IMG/VR virus record: IMGVR_UViG_3300025141_000030
DNA: 64,000 nucleotides
Direction: 5' to 3' (one strand)
Source: a virus
Part shown: positions 1 through 10,028 of the stretch, piece after piece
Numbering within the stretch: the first letter of the stretch is position 1
Layout of the letters: every line of letters starts with the position of its first letter
The notes under the pieces: generated by a model
Database searches by the model: none
Seen by the model: only the letters and a program-made list of their open reading frames with translations
Told to the model about the DNA's origin: nothing
Position numbers and translations under genes: made by a program

Positions 1-188
1 CGGATGGTGATGGGTGCTTGGTGGGTTCGCTAGATGGCACTGTCGTATCCGACGGAACGTCCAATACAGCATCATTTAATGGTGTCGCCCTCGCTGGAAC
101 GATATCAGGCGCTGAGCAGATGGTAATAAGAGTTAGCACTCATAAAAACTGGACGGGATACTTAACACGTATCACGATTGCGTATTAG
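1..188 (+). CDS. 3' end of an upstream gene (partial), probably virion structural
   Basis: Open frame from position 3 (DGDGCLVGSLDG...WTGYLTRITIAY) to TAG at 186-188, 9 nt before the next ATG. Confidence 0.6.
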   Translation, partial: DGDGCLVGSLDGTVVSDGTSNTASFNGVALAGTISGAEQMVIRVSTHKNWTGYLTRITIAY

Positions 189-197
189 GTGAATTAG

Positions 198-2792
198 ATG
201 GCTGGAAAGACAGATAGAACACAGCTTCAGTTCCTCTTTAAGAAGGCGCTAGGTTTTGCCAACACGTCTAACTTGTTCACTGAGAACGAGGAGACAATTC
301 CCTCCACGAATCAATTGTCCACGCAGACGATCTTTGGTGAGGACATTCCACGCGCTGTCAGTAGGACGCTTTACACTGTCCAGGACTCTACTGCTGAATA
401 CGTTATCCTAACGGCATCAGTCCTGGCAGGCACCACATATGATGCCAATGACACCGGCGGCGGGGGTGATGGCTCACAGTCGCCAGGTCCACACGCGTAC
501 GCCTTCCAGCTAGCTGGCGACTATCAGGCCAGTTCTAGCAATGCGAAGGCTGGCACATTTCCATTTGTGGACAGTCAGTATCTCTACCAGACATCCGGAA
601 CACTTCAGTTAATTGGCCCATCATTTTCAGGTAACTCTCCCAACCCTTATTTGATGAAACTTTATGAGGATGATGGTTCCGGAGGCATTGGCGATGAAAT
701 ATCACTGACAGATGAGATCGACTGGTTGGTGGACTATTATAACGGTGTCCTATTTGTGCAGGATTATGACAGCGGCCAGCTCCCGGCGTTTGCCAAGGCT
801 TTCATTTATACTGGAAATATGCTCAGCGCCTCCATTGGTGGTGGCGGTTCTGGTGACATAACTGGTGTGACCGCTGGCACCGGCCTGTCAGGTGGCGGGT
901 CGTCAGGTAATGTTACACTTTCAATCAACGACTCGACAGTTGCTACGCTGAGCGGATCTATTTTTTCAGGGGTTGCAAAGTTTAATTCTGGACTTAGCGG
1001 GTCATTAACCCGTCTAGTTGACGGCACATCATTCCTCGAGGCCGGCAGTAACGTTACGATCACATCAGCTTCCAACGGGCAGATAACCATTGCATCCACA
1101 GGTGGAGGAGGCGGAGGTGACATAACTGGAGTGGCAGCCGGTACTGGTCTGACGGGAGGTGGGACATCAGGTGACGTCACTCTGGCCGCAGACGACTCCG
1201 TCGTCGCCACGCTGACCGGCTCTCAGTTTACTGGCCAGGTCGGATTCCAGTCAAATGTCAGTGCCAGCGGCTCCTTTATAGCTTCAGGTGATTCCACTCT
1301 TTTAGGTCCGGTTTACCTATCAGGCTCTGTCTCTGACTTTACAGCCACGGGTTCCGCCAAGTTCAATGCAGGTTTAAGTGGCTCCTTGACGAGATTAGCA
1401 TCGGGACTGTCATTCCTTGAGGCCGGCACTAATGTGACTATTACCTCGGCTTCAAATGGATCAATAACTATATCAGCAGCCGGCTCAGGTGGCGGATCAT
1501 CCTCTGGAGTAGGATGGATTGGTCGAAGTTCAGGGCAGATAGACACTACTGGCTCTGTGGGAATAACCGGATCACTTCATGCGCTAGGAAGTAATATTTT
1601 CGGCTCATCACCGTCGAATTTTCATATCATTACGGGATCCGCCATACTGTCGGGAGCTCTCAGCATATCCGGAACACTGAGCATGTCAGGATCCATTATA
1701 CCAGCCAGCGCATCGGCATTTGACCTGGGCAGCGCTACATATCCTTGGAAAGAGCTTTACCTGGCCGGAAATTCCCTTCATCTCGGAGGACAGACAGTCA
1801 CGGCCGGTACTAACACTATATCTTATGGTGCTGGTGCAACTGAGAAGAAGTTTATTGTGGGCAATCTTGCCCTTTCTAGCTCTATTATTACTGGTGGCAA
1901 TAATGCCGATCTGCGCCTCATAGGTCCCAGTTTTTTTGGGGGCACCGCCAATGTGCTTATTCAAACGACTCGTGCACAAGTTTCAGGTGTCTTGGATGTC
2001 AAAAATGGAATATCAGGCTCTCTCACAAGACTGCCTACTGGCGCCTCATTTATCGAAGCAGGTGATAATGTAACGGTGACCTCGGCCTCTAACGGAGCAA
2101 TTACGATCGCCGCCGACGGAGGTGGCAGCGGTGATATAACAAACGCCAGTAATCTCGGGTCTGGAGAAGGCCTGTTTGCGCAGAAGACAAGCACAGTCTT
2201 GGACTTTAAGGGCCTGACAGTGGGATCTGGCCTCAATATATCCTCTAATACTACGACTGTCACCTTGACAACTAACTTTGACAGTCTTGCCAGGCAGAAG
2301 GGGACATACGAGGTGACCCAGTCACATGCCGCTAATACTCCGTTAGTTGTAGGTGCTGATTTTAGTGCTGCGGCCTATAACCCTAACCTAATTGATGTTT
2401 TCTTGAATGGCCAGCTTCTTGCGTCCGGCACCCAGGTGCAAGTTAGCGCAGGCACAGCTGATTACACGCTTTATGCAACAGACAGCGTAAAATTTGGATT
2501 TGTCCTAGATCGTGACGACACGGTCAACTCTATTATTATTAATAACAGTGCAGCTGGCGGCGGCTCGACTAGTCTAACACTTAATGAAACGCCTGCTGGC
2601 ACCGTTAACGGGGTGAATGACACATTCACACTTGGTACGACCCCCTCACCTTCTTCGAGCCTTATGTTATTTATAAACGGGCAATTAATTACGCAAAATG
2701 TCGACTATACTTTATCCACCGCCACAATAACATTTGTGGCCTCTGCCATCCCCATGAGTGGCGATGTGCTAGCGGCTACATACCAATATTAG
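198..2792 (+). CDS. Gly/Ser/Thr-rich virion structural / tail-fibre-like protein
   Basis: 864 aa; repeats GDITGVxAGTGLxGGGxSGxVTL (x2) and GxSGSLTRLxxGxSFxEAGxNVTxTSASNG (x3); C-terminal F(L/I)NGQL...DY beta modules typical of large-phage structural proteins. Confidence 0.75.
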   Translation: MAGKTDRTQLQFLFKKALGFANTSNLFTENEETIPSTNQLSTQTIFGEDIPRAVSRTLYTVQDSTAEYVILTASVLAGTTYDANDTGGGGDGSQSPGPHAYAFQLAGDYQASSSNAKAGTFPFVDSQYLYQTSGTLQLIGPSFSGNSPNPYLMKLYEDDGSGGIGDEISLTDEIDWLVDYYNGVLFVQDYDSGQLPAFAKAFIYTGNMLSASIGGGGSGDITGVTAGTGLSGGGSSGNVTLSINDSTVATLSGSIFSGVAKFNSGLSGSLTRLVDGTSFLEAGSNVTITSASNGQITIASTGGGGGGDITGVAAGTGLTGGGTSGDVTLAADDSVVATLTGSQFTGQVGFQSNVSASGSFIASGDSTLLGPVYLSGSVSDFTATGSAKFNAGLSGSLTRLASGLSFLEAGTNVTITSASNGSITISAAGSGGGSSSGVGWIGRSSGQIDTTGSVGITGSLHALGSNIFGSSPSNFHIITGSAILSGALSISGTLSMSGSIIPASASAFDLGSATYPWKELYLAGNSLHLGGQTVTAGTNTISYGAGATEKKFIVGNLALSSSIITGGNNADLRLIGPSFFGGTANVLIQTTRAQVSGVLDVKNGISGSLTRLPTGASFIEAGDNVTVTSASNGAITIAADGGGSGDITNASNLGSGEGLFAQKTSTVLDFKGLTVGSGLNISSNTTTVTLTTNFDSLARQKGTYEVTQSHAANTPLVVGADFSAAAYNPNLIDVFLNGQLLASGTQVQVSAGTADYTLYATDSVKFGFVLDRDDTVNSIIINNSAAGGGSTSLTLNETPAGTVNGVNDTFTLGTTPSPSSSLMLFINGQLITQNVDYTLSTATITFVASAIPMSGDVLAATYQY

Positions 2793-2815
2793 AAGAAGAA
2801 TTCTCTCTTTTTTAA

Positions 2816-2821
2816 TATTTA
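2816..2821 (+). promoter_or_regulatory. TANTTA putative late-promoter motif
   Basis: TATTTA about 24 nt upstream of ATG 2845; the motif recurs before many genes in this window. Confidence 0.4.
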
Positions 2822-2844
2822 ACATTGGATATCGAGAGCATGAA

Positions 2845-3069
2845 ATGAACAACACATTTGAGACGTCTGACCTAGCATTTGCAGCATTCCTGTGTATGCG
2901 GGGATTTCGCCTGACACAGGCAACGAGGGATCCCACTGGTCGCTTTAGGTTTGTTTTTGATGATCCCACTGCGTCCGCCGCTGGAATGCAGGCAGTTTTT
3001 CTAGCTTCAGAGTTTCCAATTTTCGATAATTTTGTCAAAATACTGAAGAAACGAATATATACTAATTGA
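2845..3069 (+). CDS. DUF5659-like small phage protein
   Basis: FETSDLAFAAFL...FxF motif recalled from DUF5659. Confidence 0.6.
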   Translation: MNNTFETSDLAFAAFLCMRGFRLTQATRDPTGRFRFVFDDPTASAAGMQAVFLASEFPIFDNFVKILKKRIYTN

Positions 3070-3179
3070 TGGCCTTTGCTATCTCGACGTTGAAGTTTTT
3101 TTATTCGTTCCGTCCTAAGTTTTTTGTAAAAGTCTTGTTTCCTTGTTGCGGTTTATGTACGGCTGTTTGTCTATTGTAG

Positions 3180-3185
3180 TATTTA
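3180..3185 (+). promoter_or_regulatory. TANTTA putative late-promoter motif
   Basis: TATTTA upstream of a strong RBS (AGGAGG) and ATG 3237. Confidence 0.4.
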
Positions 3186-3236
3186 AGTTCTTAGTTTTGC
3201 CATTAACGCTTAATAAACCTATAGGAGGAATAAAAA

Positions 3237-6200
3237 ATGGCTAATAAAACACAAATGAGGCTCCAGCAGCTCACCGGATCACTTATTGATCTGGCGTACT
3301 CAGGATCAAACTCAAGCGCAGCATCTGCGGCGGCTATCGTCGACACCGATCTCGGCGCTGTCCTGGGCCAGTTCGCTGGTGCCATCGGGCGTATTTCCGG
3401 TAAGAATAGCACCGGAACTAGCGCCTTTACCAATGTGACTGCGGGTCACTTTCACCAAAATTTACACGTTACAGGTGCACTTCTCGACTTTAACCAGGCC
3501 ACTGAAATTAAGACAGCTGCCGGTAATTTAACACTCGAATCCGCCGCTGACATCATCCTCGATGCCAAGGACGCTGACGTCAGCTTTAAGGATGACGGTA
3601 CTGCGTTTGTCAAGTTTACAAACAGCTCAGGCGACTGCGAGATTATAAACGGTTCTGCTGACGGAGACATTAAGTTTAAAGACGCCGGTGGTAACGAGGT
3701 CTTCCGAATGGACGGCGGTGAGGAGTCCCTCCTCATGGCATCCGGCAAGAAGCTAATGCTTGGTGCAGCAGAGGAGTATGTCTCCGGTGACGGCACCGAT
3801 ATCACGTTCGTGGTCGGAGCAGGCGGCGACATCAACCTTCCAGCTGACATCGGACTTACTTTCGGAGACGACGGTGAGAAGATTGAGGGCGACGGAACTA
3901 ACCTGGCGATCGCTTCTAGCGGTGAGCTTGACCTTACGGCTACTGGATTGATTGATATTAATGGTTCTGCGAACCTTGATGTTGATATTACAGGCACAGT
4001 CGCGATAGACGCTACCTCGACATTCTCTGTGGATGCAGTCGGAACTTCTAATGTTACAACCAATGGCGCACTGACACTTTCGGGATCGACTGGCATTAAT
4101 GTCTACTCCCATGGTGGCGATGTGGACATTGACTCAACAAACGGCGCGGTCGACCTAGTCGCGGGCACAACGGTCAGCATTGATGGAGCTTCTGGTATTA
4201 ATCTTGGAACCTCTGCTGATACCGCAATCGACGTCGACTCGTCGACCTTCGACCTCGATGCCTCTGGCGCAATCACAATTGATGCATCCGCAGCCGGTAT
4301 CTCTCTCGATGCTGCTGCTGCTTCTAACTTCAGTACTTCTGCTGGTGCACTAACACTTACTTCAGCTGCTGCGACCACCTGGTCGACTTCAGCCGGCGCG
4401 CTTGTGATAGATGGTGCTGCTGGTCTAACCCTGGACTCTGACGGTACTGATGCAGTCAATCTTGGTACTGAGGCTGTGGCAAAGACAATTACTATCGGCA
4501 ATGCTGCGTCGACTAAGGTCGATATCAATGCATTGGCACTCGATTTTGATTCGGCTGCTGCAACTGATATTCTGGCTGCGACAACTCTCACCGCGAAGGG
4601 TGCCACTGGTGCTTCTTTCGGTGATGACACTGGTACATGGGAATTTGATGGATCAGGTGCACTGTCTGAGACAGGAGTGACCACAGTTTCAATCACACCG
4701 TCAAGTACTTTTGACATTGACGCTGGTGGAGCTGTGACTATTGATGGATCTGCTATCACCATAGGCGCAGATGATTCTGGTGTCGCGATTGTCCTGGGTC
4801 ACGGAACGTCCGAAGTGAGTGTGATGGATAACCTGACCATTTACGGTGACCTAACAGTTAAGGGCACTGAGCACATAATTGACTCCGACCACCTCCGGGT
4901 TAAGGATCCACTTATTATTCTCGGTTCCGGCTCTCTCGGTATTAGCTCGATGGGTGCCATTGGTTTTGCCTCTGGTTCCAGCACTGCTAAACAGTCACTA
5001 ATCTTTGGTAACCTCGGGGTAACCGCGGCGAATACTTTCGCTGTTGCCAGGCAGGATATTCAGGATGGTGAGCTGGCTTCCAGTTCATTGGACTACAGCA
5101 ACCTGGTTAACTTCCGCGCGGCTAGGTTAGAGGCTGGCAACGGCAGTAACTTCCTGAACCTCGACGGTGGTAATCTTGGTGTTACATCCTCGGCCGATAT
5201 TCGCTTGAATGCTGGATCTGAGATCGTTCTCGATCCGAACGGTGGTACAGTTATATTCCAGCAAGCCGGGACGACCTCAGGACATATCTCTGCAGATGGT
5301 TCCGACCTCAAATTTGAGGATGCCAGCCAGACTGAGATATTCAGGCTTGATTCCGATCAGGACTCTCTCCTCATGGCCGGTAGTAATAAGCTCCAGTTTG
5401 CCGATTCCAATTCTTACATAAATCAAGATGGTACAGACCTTCAGCTTGTTACGACCACTGATATTAACCTTAAGCCTGCTGCTGACCTACTGGTCGACGC
5501 TGGTGGTGATGTCATTCTCGATGCTGGCGGTACAAATGTTGTCTTCAAGTCTGCTGGAAATCAGATGCTTGATATCACGTATGATGGCGGCGACGCTCTG
5601 TTCAAGGATGCAGACGGCACTGAGATCTTCCGAATCGATAAGTCTGCTGACTCACTACTGATGGCTTCTGGTAAAAAGATTGAGCTTGGCGATGCGAATA
5701 ACTCTTTGGTCTATGATGGGACTGATGTCATCATCGATGCCGCGAATGACATTCGGCTTGATGCTGGTGCCGGTGAGTGGCAATTCTATGAAGGTGGAGA
5801 AAGTAAGTTCCTTCTAAACAACAGCTCAGGCGATTTGATCCTGTCGCAGTCGACGGCTGCAAAGGACTTTATTTTTAATGTAAATCCTTCCGGTGGTAGT
5901 TCTACTGAGTACTTCCGGATCGCTTCCAGTAACGCTGAGGTTGTCGTCAATGAAGGCAGTTCCAACTCTATTGACTTCCGAGTTGAGACTGGTAACTATG
6001 CCAATGCATTATTTGTAGATGCTGCTCAAGACGCCATCGGTATGGGTTCTGTTGACGGCTCTTCAATGGCAAATACAAACGCGGTACTTAACATTAGCGC
6101 CTCATACCCAAGCGTTGGTGGGCTCCAGCTCAGCGGCGACGGTGGAGCTTCTGTCAGTCTAGGTGACTTCCTGCAGGTGGTCAGTGGAACTGCACAGACA

Positions 6201-7802
6201 GAGACGCTGGTTATTAATAATGAGGGCGCGTTGCAGATTGCATCTGCCATGGCTCTTAGCTTTAACGGTAGTACTAACACCATGAAGATTACCGCCAACA
6301 ACGGAAGTAACATGAACATTAACGCTCCCGGTGACATCGTCTTTAACGCCGGCGGTCTAAATGTCAGTCCTGAGAATTCAGCCATTTCACTCGGCGCTAC
6401 AGATGCTGAGTGGGCTAACGTCTATACAGGATTAACGGGTTCCCTCTTCCTGGGTATCACCCAGCAGCACTCCATTGCTGACGGCAATACTGGCCTCCTG
6501 ATCGACTCCTCGGAGGCGATTGAGATCAACTCGTCAGCTGGCCCGATCAAGATTGGTAGCGATGATATCGACCAGGACATCACCTTCGGTGCTCAGGGTG
6601 TGAGGACGATTACAGTCGGTAACGATGCCTCAACAAAGGTTGACGTTAATGCGTTAGCCATTGAGCTGGATTCTGCTGGAACAATTGTGACGAATTCTGT
6701 CACAACCACTGATATCGTTGCTGCTACTGCACTGACTTTAACTGCTGGTGCAGCTTCGACCTGGTCGACCTCTGCAGGCGATCTTACTATTGATGCTGCT
6801 GCGGCCTCTCTCGTTCTAGATAGCGGCGAGGCCTCCACGGCAGATTCAGTTCGGATTGTTGCGTCTCACGCGGCTGGCGGAATTGACATGGACTCCGGAA
6901 CTAGTGGTTACAACAACACCTCGACGGGTGCCTTACAGTTGACTTCGTCGGTGGCATTGCATGACGCCGGCATCGCGATTGTGGCTTCCGGCGAGGAGTC
7001 AGGCCTAGTGATTGAGGCTGCGGGCAATATTGAGGTCTATGTTGGCGGCAACACCGTCGACAGCGGCTACGGTGCTTTCGCAGTGCTGTCAGGTTCTGCT
7101 GTCGACAACTCCGACAACACATTCACATTGTTGACGGCCGAGCCTTCGACTACTCCTAACCAGGGTGTGATCGTCATGGGTCTGCTCGACGCGGAGGCCG
7201 TGACAGCAGCCGAGGGCGGAGGTAAGAACGGCTCGCTGCTGTTCGGTTCATCGTCGATGAACGGTTTTAGTGCTGTTGTTCGCTCTGCCGAAAATGGCTC
7301 TATGCTAAGGACCGGTGGTCAGCACCAGAGTCAGATACTGGCGATTTCCGGTTCTAAGCTTAGGTTTGCTGATGATTATGTCACGGGTTCTAACATGACG
7401 CTACCATACATGCAATTGGCAGACTCACGGGCAGAGTATAATAGCTTTGCTAGCAACTTTGGTGCTGCCAAGAGCCTAATCGGTGCTATTAATAGTAACG
7501 CCTCGGCGCAAAGTTCCGCATCGAAGGTCTCCGGATCTATTTCGGGTGTTGTGGCGGCGGGAACTGCTGTCGGCGGAGCCAATAAGGGCATGTCGACTGT
7601 TGACCTTTCGTCGCTTACTGATGAGAAGATTAGTAAGCAGGTTGACCTCTATGTTAATGGTCAGCTTTTAATGTCGGGTACCGAAGCACAGCGATCTGCT
7701 GGAAGTGCTGATTATCTCTGGTCCACTGTGGGAGCCTCTGGCGACTTCAAGCTCAGCTTTGCACTTGCCGCTGATGACGTGATTCAGGTGACTATCCGAT
7801 AA
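3237..7802 (+). CDS. large virion structural / tail-fibre-like protein
   Basis: 1521 aa Ala/Gly/Ser/Thr/Asp-rich; repeats FxDAxGxE(V/I)FRxDxxxDSLLMASGKK, TWSTSAG and STKVD(I/V)NAL; C-terminal YVNGQLLMSG...ADY module shared with 198..2792; AGGAGG RBS. Confidence 0.75.
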   Translation: MANKTQMRLQQLTGSLIDLAYSGSNSSAASAAAIVDTDLGAVLGQFAGAIGRISGKNSTGTSAFTNVTAGHFHQNLHVTGALLDFNQATEIKTAAGNLTLESAADIILDAKDADVSFKDDGTAFVKFTNSSGDCEIINGSADGDIKFKDAGGNEVFRMDGGEESLLMASGKKLMLGAAEEYVSGDGTDITFVVGAGGDINLPADIGLTFGDDGEKIEGDGTNLAIASSGELDLTATGLIDINGSANLDVDITGTVAIDATSTFSVDAVGTSNVTTNGALTLSGSTGINVYSHGGDVDIDSTNGAVDLVAGTTVSIDGASGINLGTSADTAIDVDSSTFDLDASGAITIDASAAGISLDAAAASNFSTSAGALTLTSAAATTWSTSAGALVIDGAAGLTLDSDGTDAVNLGTEAVAKTITIGNAASTKVDINALALDFDSAAATDILAATTLTAKGATGASFGDDTGTWEFDGSGALSETGVTTVSITPSSTFDIDAGGAVTIDGSAITIGADDSGVAIVLGHGTSEVSVMDNLTIYGDLTVKGTEHIIDSDHLRVKDPLIILGSGSLGISSMGAIGFASGSSTAKQSLIFGNLGVTAANTFAVARQDIQDGELASSSLDYSNLVNFRAARLEAGNGSNFLNLDGGNLGVTSSADIRLNAGSEIVLDPNGGTVIFQQAGTTSGHISADGSDLKFEDASQTEIFRLDSDQDSLLMAGSNKLQFADSNSYINQDGTDLQLVTTTDINLKPAADLLVDAGGDVILDAGGTNVVFKSAGNQMLDITYDGGDALFKDADGTEIFRIDKSADSLLMASGKKIELGDANNSLVYDGTDVIIDAANDIRLDAGAGEWQFYEGGESKFLLNNSSGDLILSQSTAAKDFIFNVNPSGGSSTEYFRIASSNAEVVVNEGSSNSIDFRVETGNYANALFVDAAQDAIGMGSVDGSSMANTNAVLNISASYPSVGGLQLSGDGGASVSLGDFLQVVSGTAQTETLVINNEGALQIASAMALSFNGSTNTMKITANNGSNMNINAPGDIVFNAGGLNVSPENSAISLGATDAEWANVYTGLTGSLFLGITQQHSIADGNTGLLIDSSEAIEINSSAGPIKIGSDDIDQDITFGAQGVRTITVGNDASTKVDVNALAIELDSAGTIVTNSVTTTDIVAATALTLTAGAASTWSTSAGDLTIDAAAASLVLDSGEASTADSVRIVASHAAGGIDMDSGTSGYNNTSTGALQLTSSVALHDAGIAIVASGEESGLVIEAAGNIEVYVGGNTVDSGYGAFAVLSGSAVDNSDNTFTLLTAEPSTTPNQGVIVMGLLDAEAVTAAEGGGKNGSLLFGSSSMNGFSAVVRSAENGSMLRTGGQHQSQILAISGSKLRFADDYVTGSNMTLPYMQLADSRAEYNSFASNFGAAKSLIGAINSNASAQSSASKVSGSISGVVAAGTAVGGANKGMSTVDLSSLTDEKISKQVDLYVNGQLLMSGTEAQRSAGSADYLWSTVGASGDFKLSFALAADDVIQVTIR

Positions 7803-7833
7803 TTCGGACTGTCATTACTGAGATATAAAAACT

Positions 7834-7870
7834 TGGCGGGTGGGACTTGTTCCCACCCGCCATTTTATTT
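7834..7870 (+). terminator. Rho-independent terminator
   Basis: Perfect 12-bp stem TGGCGGGTGGGA / TCCCACCCGCCA, loop CTTGT, followed by TTTTATTT, just after the 1521-aa gene. Confidence 0.85.
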
Positions 7871-7914
7871 ACCCTTAACGTGTTCTATATTATAATGCAT
7901 GGGTACTTATATTT

Positions 7915-8463
7915 GTGGAGGAACAGAGCAGAATGACTGAAGCATATGATGAAGAGATTTTAAAGCTTGAGGCCAAGATCGAGGGCTATGACACCCTTGA
8001 GTCAATATTAGGCTCGAAGATGCAGGACATAAAAATTGCAGGCCAGCTTAAGGATCAATATTATGCCCATTGCATGAAGATGGTAAGTAGCATAAGAAAT
8101 GATATGTCAGACGCAAAGAAGGCTGCTGTTTTGGCTGACACACCGAATGCAGCCGTTTCAGTTTTGTGCGACGCTTTTTCTAGGATAGAGGATATATTAT
8201 TGGAATACCTTAGGGAGCAGGCACAAAATGCGACTACTGATTCAGGAGCCCTTTCTCTTTTAAGGCCGCTTATTACATACTTAAATGAAACAACTGCAGG
8301 CGCTAACGAAAAAATAGAAGCGTACCAGAGAATGCTAGATGATCCTGCTCTCGCGGAGGAAGTTAAGATTCGTCGTACCATTGGCGCTCACCCGGAGAAG
8401 CTTAGAAATAAGCGCGCGTTTAAGGAAGTCAATAGCAGCGGTTCTAAGGATCCTGAAGAATGA
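7915..8463 (+). CDS. hypothetical helical protein (start may be ATG 7933)
   Basis: ORF with coiled-coil character; ATGA overlap with the next gene. Confidence 0.6.
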   Translation: MEEQSRMTEAYDEEILKLEAKIEGYDTLESILGSKMQDIKIAGQLKDQYYAHCMKMVSSIRNDMSDAKKAAVLADTPNAAVSVLCDAFSRIEDILLEYLREQAQNATTDSGALSLLRPLITYLNETTAGANEKIEAYQRMLDDPALAEEVKIRRTIGAHPEKLRNKRAFKEVNSSGSKDPEE

Positions 8464-8891
8464 GCATAAAACTTTTGAAGCAGGTAAACTTTGGTCAATC
8501 CCAAGGAGGCCTTTCCACTGTGGGTTTTACGTTAATTGACGGAGTTGGAGTCGCATCCGGTTCACGCTCCACCACAGGAGTTCATGAGGTTGGTACATCT
8601 ACTGGTATTTACGCGGCACAGATAACTTTCACAACTCAGTTTAGTGGCTCTATTTTATGGGATACTGGAAGTGGTGATCCAGCTTACGCTGCTGAGCAGT
8701 ACAATCCGACCGCAGAGAACATAGAGTTTATTAAGGATATCGAGGGAGGCCGATGGACTATTGATAGTGACACAAATCAGATGGTATTTTATAAGGCTGA
8801 TAATGTCACCGAGGTTGCCAGGTTTGACCTACAGGACTCAGCTGGCAGTGCTTCTGTAAGCGAGGTATTCTCACGACTGCGAGGCAGTTAA
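8460..8891 (+). CDS. hypothetical protein, probably virion-associated
   Basis: ORF in a tight operon; beta-rich, GRWxID...QMVFYxxDNxTEVARFDL motif. Confidence 0.6.
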   Translation: MSIKLLKQVNFGQSQGGLSTVGFTLIDGVGVASGSRSTTGVHEVGTSTGIYAAQITFTTQFSGSILWDTGSGDPAYAAEQYNPTAENIEFIKDIEGGRWTIDSDTNQMVFYKADNVTEVARFDLQDSAGSASVSEVFSRLRGS

Positions 8892-8892
8892 T

Positions 8893-9264
8893 TTGCCCGC
8901 AGTTTCTCCAATTGTCACTCGTGGTTTTTCTGCCAATCAACGAATTATTACGCGTGGATATGGTCCTGGATTTATTCCAGCCGTAGCCGAGGCTGTTCGT
9001 GCTACTTTTGGAGGGACTAAGCGCAAGTTAAAGGAGTATCATGAGGAGCTCCGAGAGTTTACGGTGACTGCTATGCTGATTGCCGTTAACGGAACAGATA
9101 TGCTTGATCCTAAGTCAGGCAAGGCATCCGGTGAAATAACTGACCTTGATGTCAAGATGACAGCCACCTTTAAGGCTATTAATAGGTTAGGTTACTTAAC
9201 TGAGCGCATAATTATAAATGCCTTTAGAGTTGTGCGAAGAGGTTTTAAGAAGATTGAGGATTAG
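8893..9264 (+). CDS. hypothetical protein
   Basis: ORF in operon; tandem I(V/I)TRG(F/Y) repeat at the N-terminus. Confidence 0.55.
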   Translation: MPAVSPIVTRGFSANQRIITRGYGPGFIPAVAEAVRATFGGTKRKLKEYHEELREFTVTAMLIAVNGTDMLDPKSGKASGEITDLDVKMTATFKAINRLGYLTERIIINAFRVVRRGFKKIED

Positions 9265-9266
9265 TT

Positions 9267-9782
9267 ATGGCCGATTTTGATGTTCACCTTGACGAAGAAA
9301 ATGAATTGAGGTTTAATATAACCACCGAGGGGACGGATGCCACTGCATCCATCAAAACCAGGATGGTCCTTGAGTCCAGTAAGATGGACTTTATGTTTCC
9401 AGGGACTTCCATTCCTGGAGGAGAGGTCACCGTCATTGTTCCAAGCTTGAAGGGTGTCTTAAACGAGGGCCTCTACAATACACGACTTGAGGTGCTTATT
9501 GATGACAGGATTTTTACTCCTTTGGAGCTGACGGCGAATTTTAAACAGTCGGTCAAAGTCGTTGCTGAGGCTGTTGTTACCCGAAGGCCTTCACACCCGA
9601 GTGTTCGTGCCAATGTCGTCCGTGTTAATCCTTCACAAAAGTCAAAGCCCGTTAAAAATTCCTTAACTGAATCACCAAATTTACCTAAAATAGGTAAGAA
9701 GGATAAGGCGAGTAATACTTCTGGCTCAAGGAATGAAGAGCTGCGTGATTTGTTACGCCGAGTAATCAAGAAACAAGGGTAA
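9267..9782 (+). CDS. hypothetical protein
   Basis: ORF with GAGG RBS, operon spacing. Confidence 0.6.
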   Translation: MADFDVHLDEENELRFNITTEGTDATASIKTRMVLESSKMDFMFPGTSIPGGEVTVIVPSLKGVLNEGLYNTRLEVLIDDRIFTPLELTANFKQSVKVVAEAVVTRRPSHPSVRANVVRVNPSQKSKPVKNSLTESPNLPKIGKKDKASNTSGSRNEELRDLLRRVIKKQG

Positions 9783-9784
9783 AA

Positions 9785-10021
9785 ATGATTGAGGCGGTAA
9801 TTTTGGTTTATGTACTGCTGTGCGCAGCACATGTTATGTGGCATGCATTAAGTGCCTCCCAGTCACATCAGCTTTCTAATTTGGCTCGTGGTAAAGAGTT
9901 GACACAATTTTATAACATAAGGGCTAGGCAGTCTCTTTCACATTTAAAATGGGCACCCCTCTGGCCAGTTCCCCTGCTTAGGGGATTGATTGCATTGCTA
10001 AAGTGGCACTTTTCAAGGTGA
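9785..10021 (+). CDS. small membrane protein
   Basis: Hydrophobic N-terminus and WAPLWP segment. Confidence 0.5.
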   Translation: MIEAVILVYVLLCAAHVMWHALSASQSHQLSNLARGKELTQFYNIRARQSLSHLKWAPLWPVPLLRGLIALLKWHFSR

Positions 10022-10028
10022 GTTTTGT

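Noticed and set aside
3070-3236. T-rich intergenic region as a possible ncRNA
   Set aside because: No convincing stem-loop or family signature; explainable as a promoter/leader region
806-7591. Numerous minus-strand ORFs over the structural genes (and similar ones over dnaE, groEL, dnaK and 56741..57577)
   Set aside because: Antisense shadows of well-supported plus-strand genes, with no recognisable motifs
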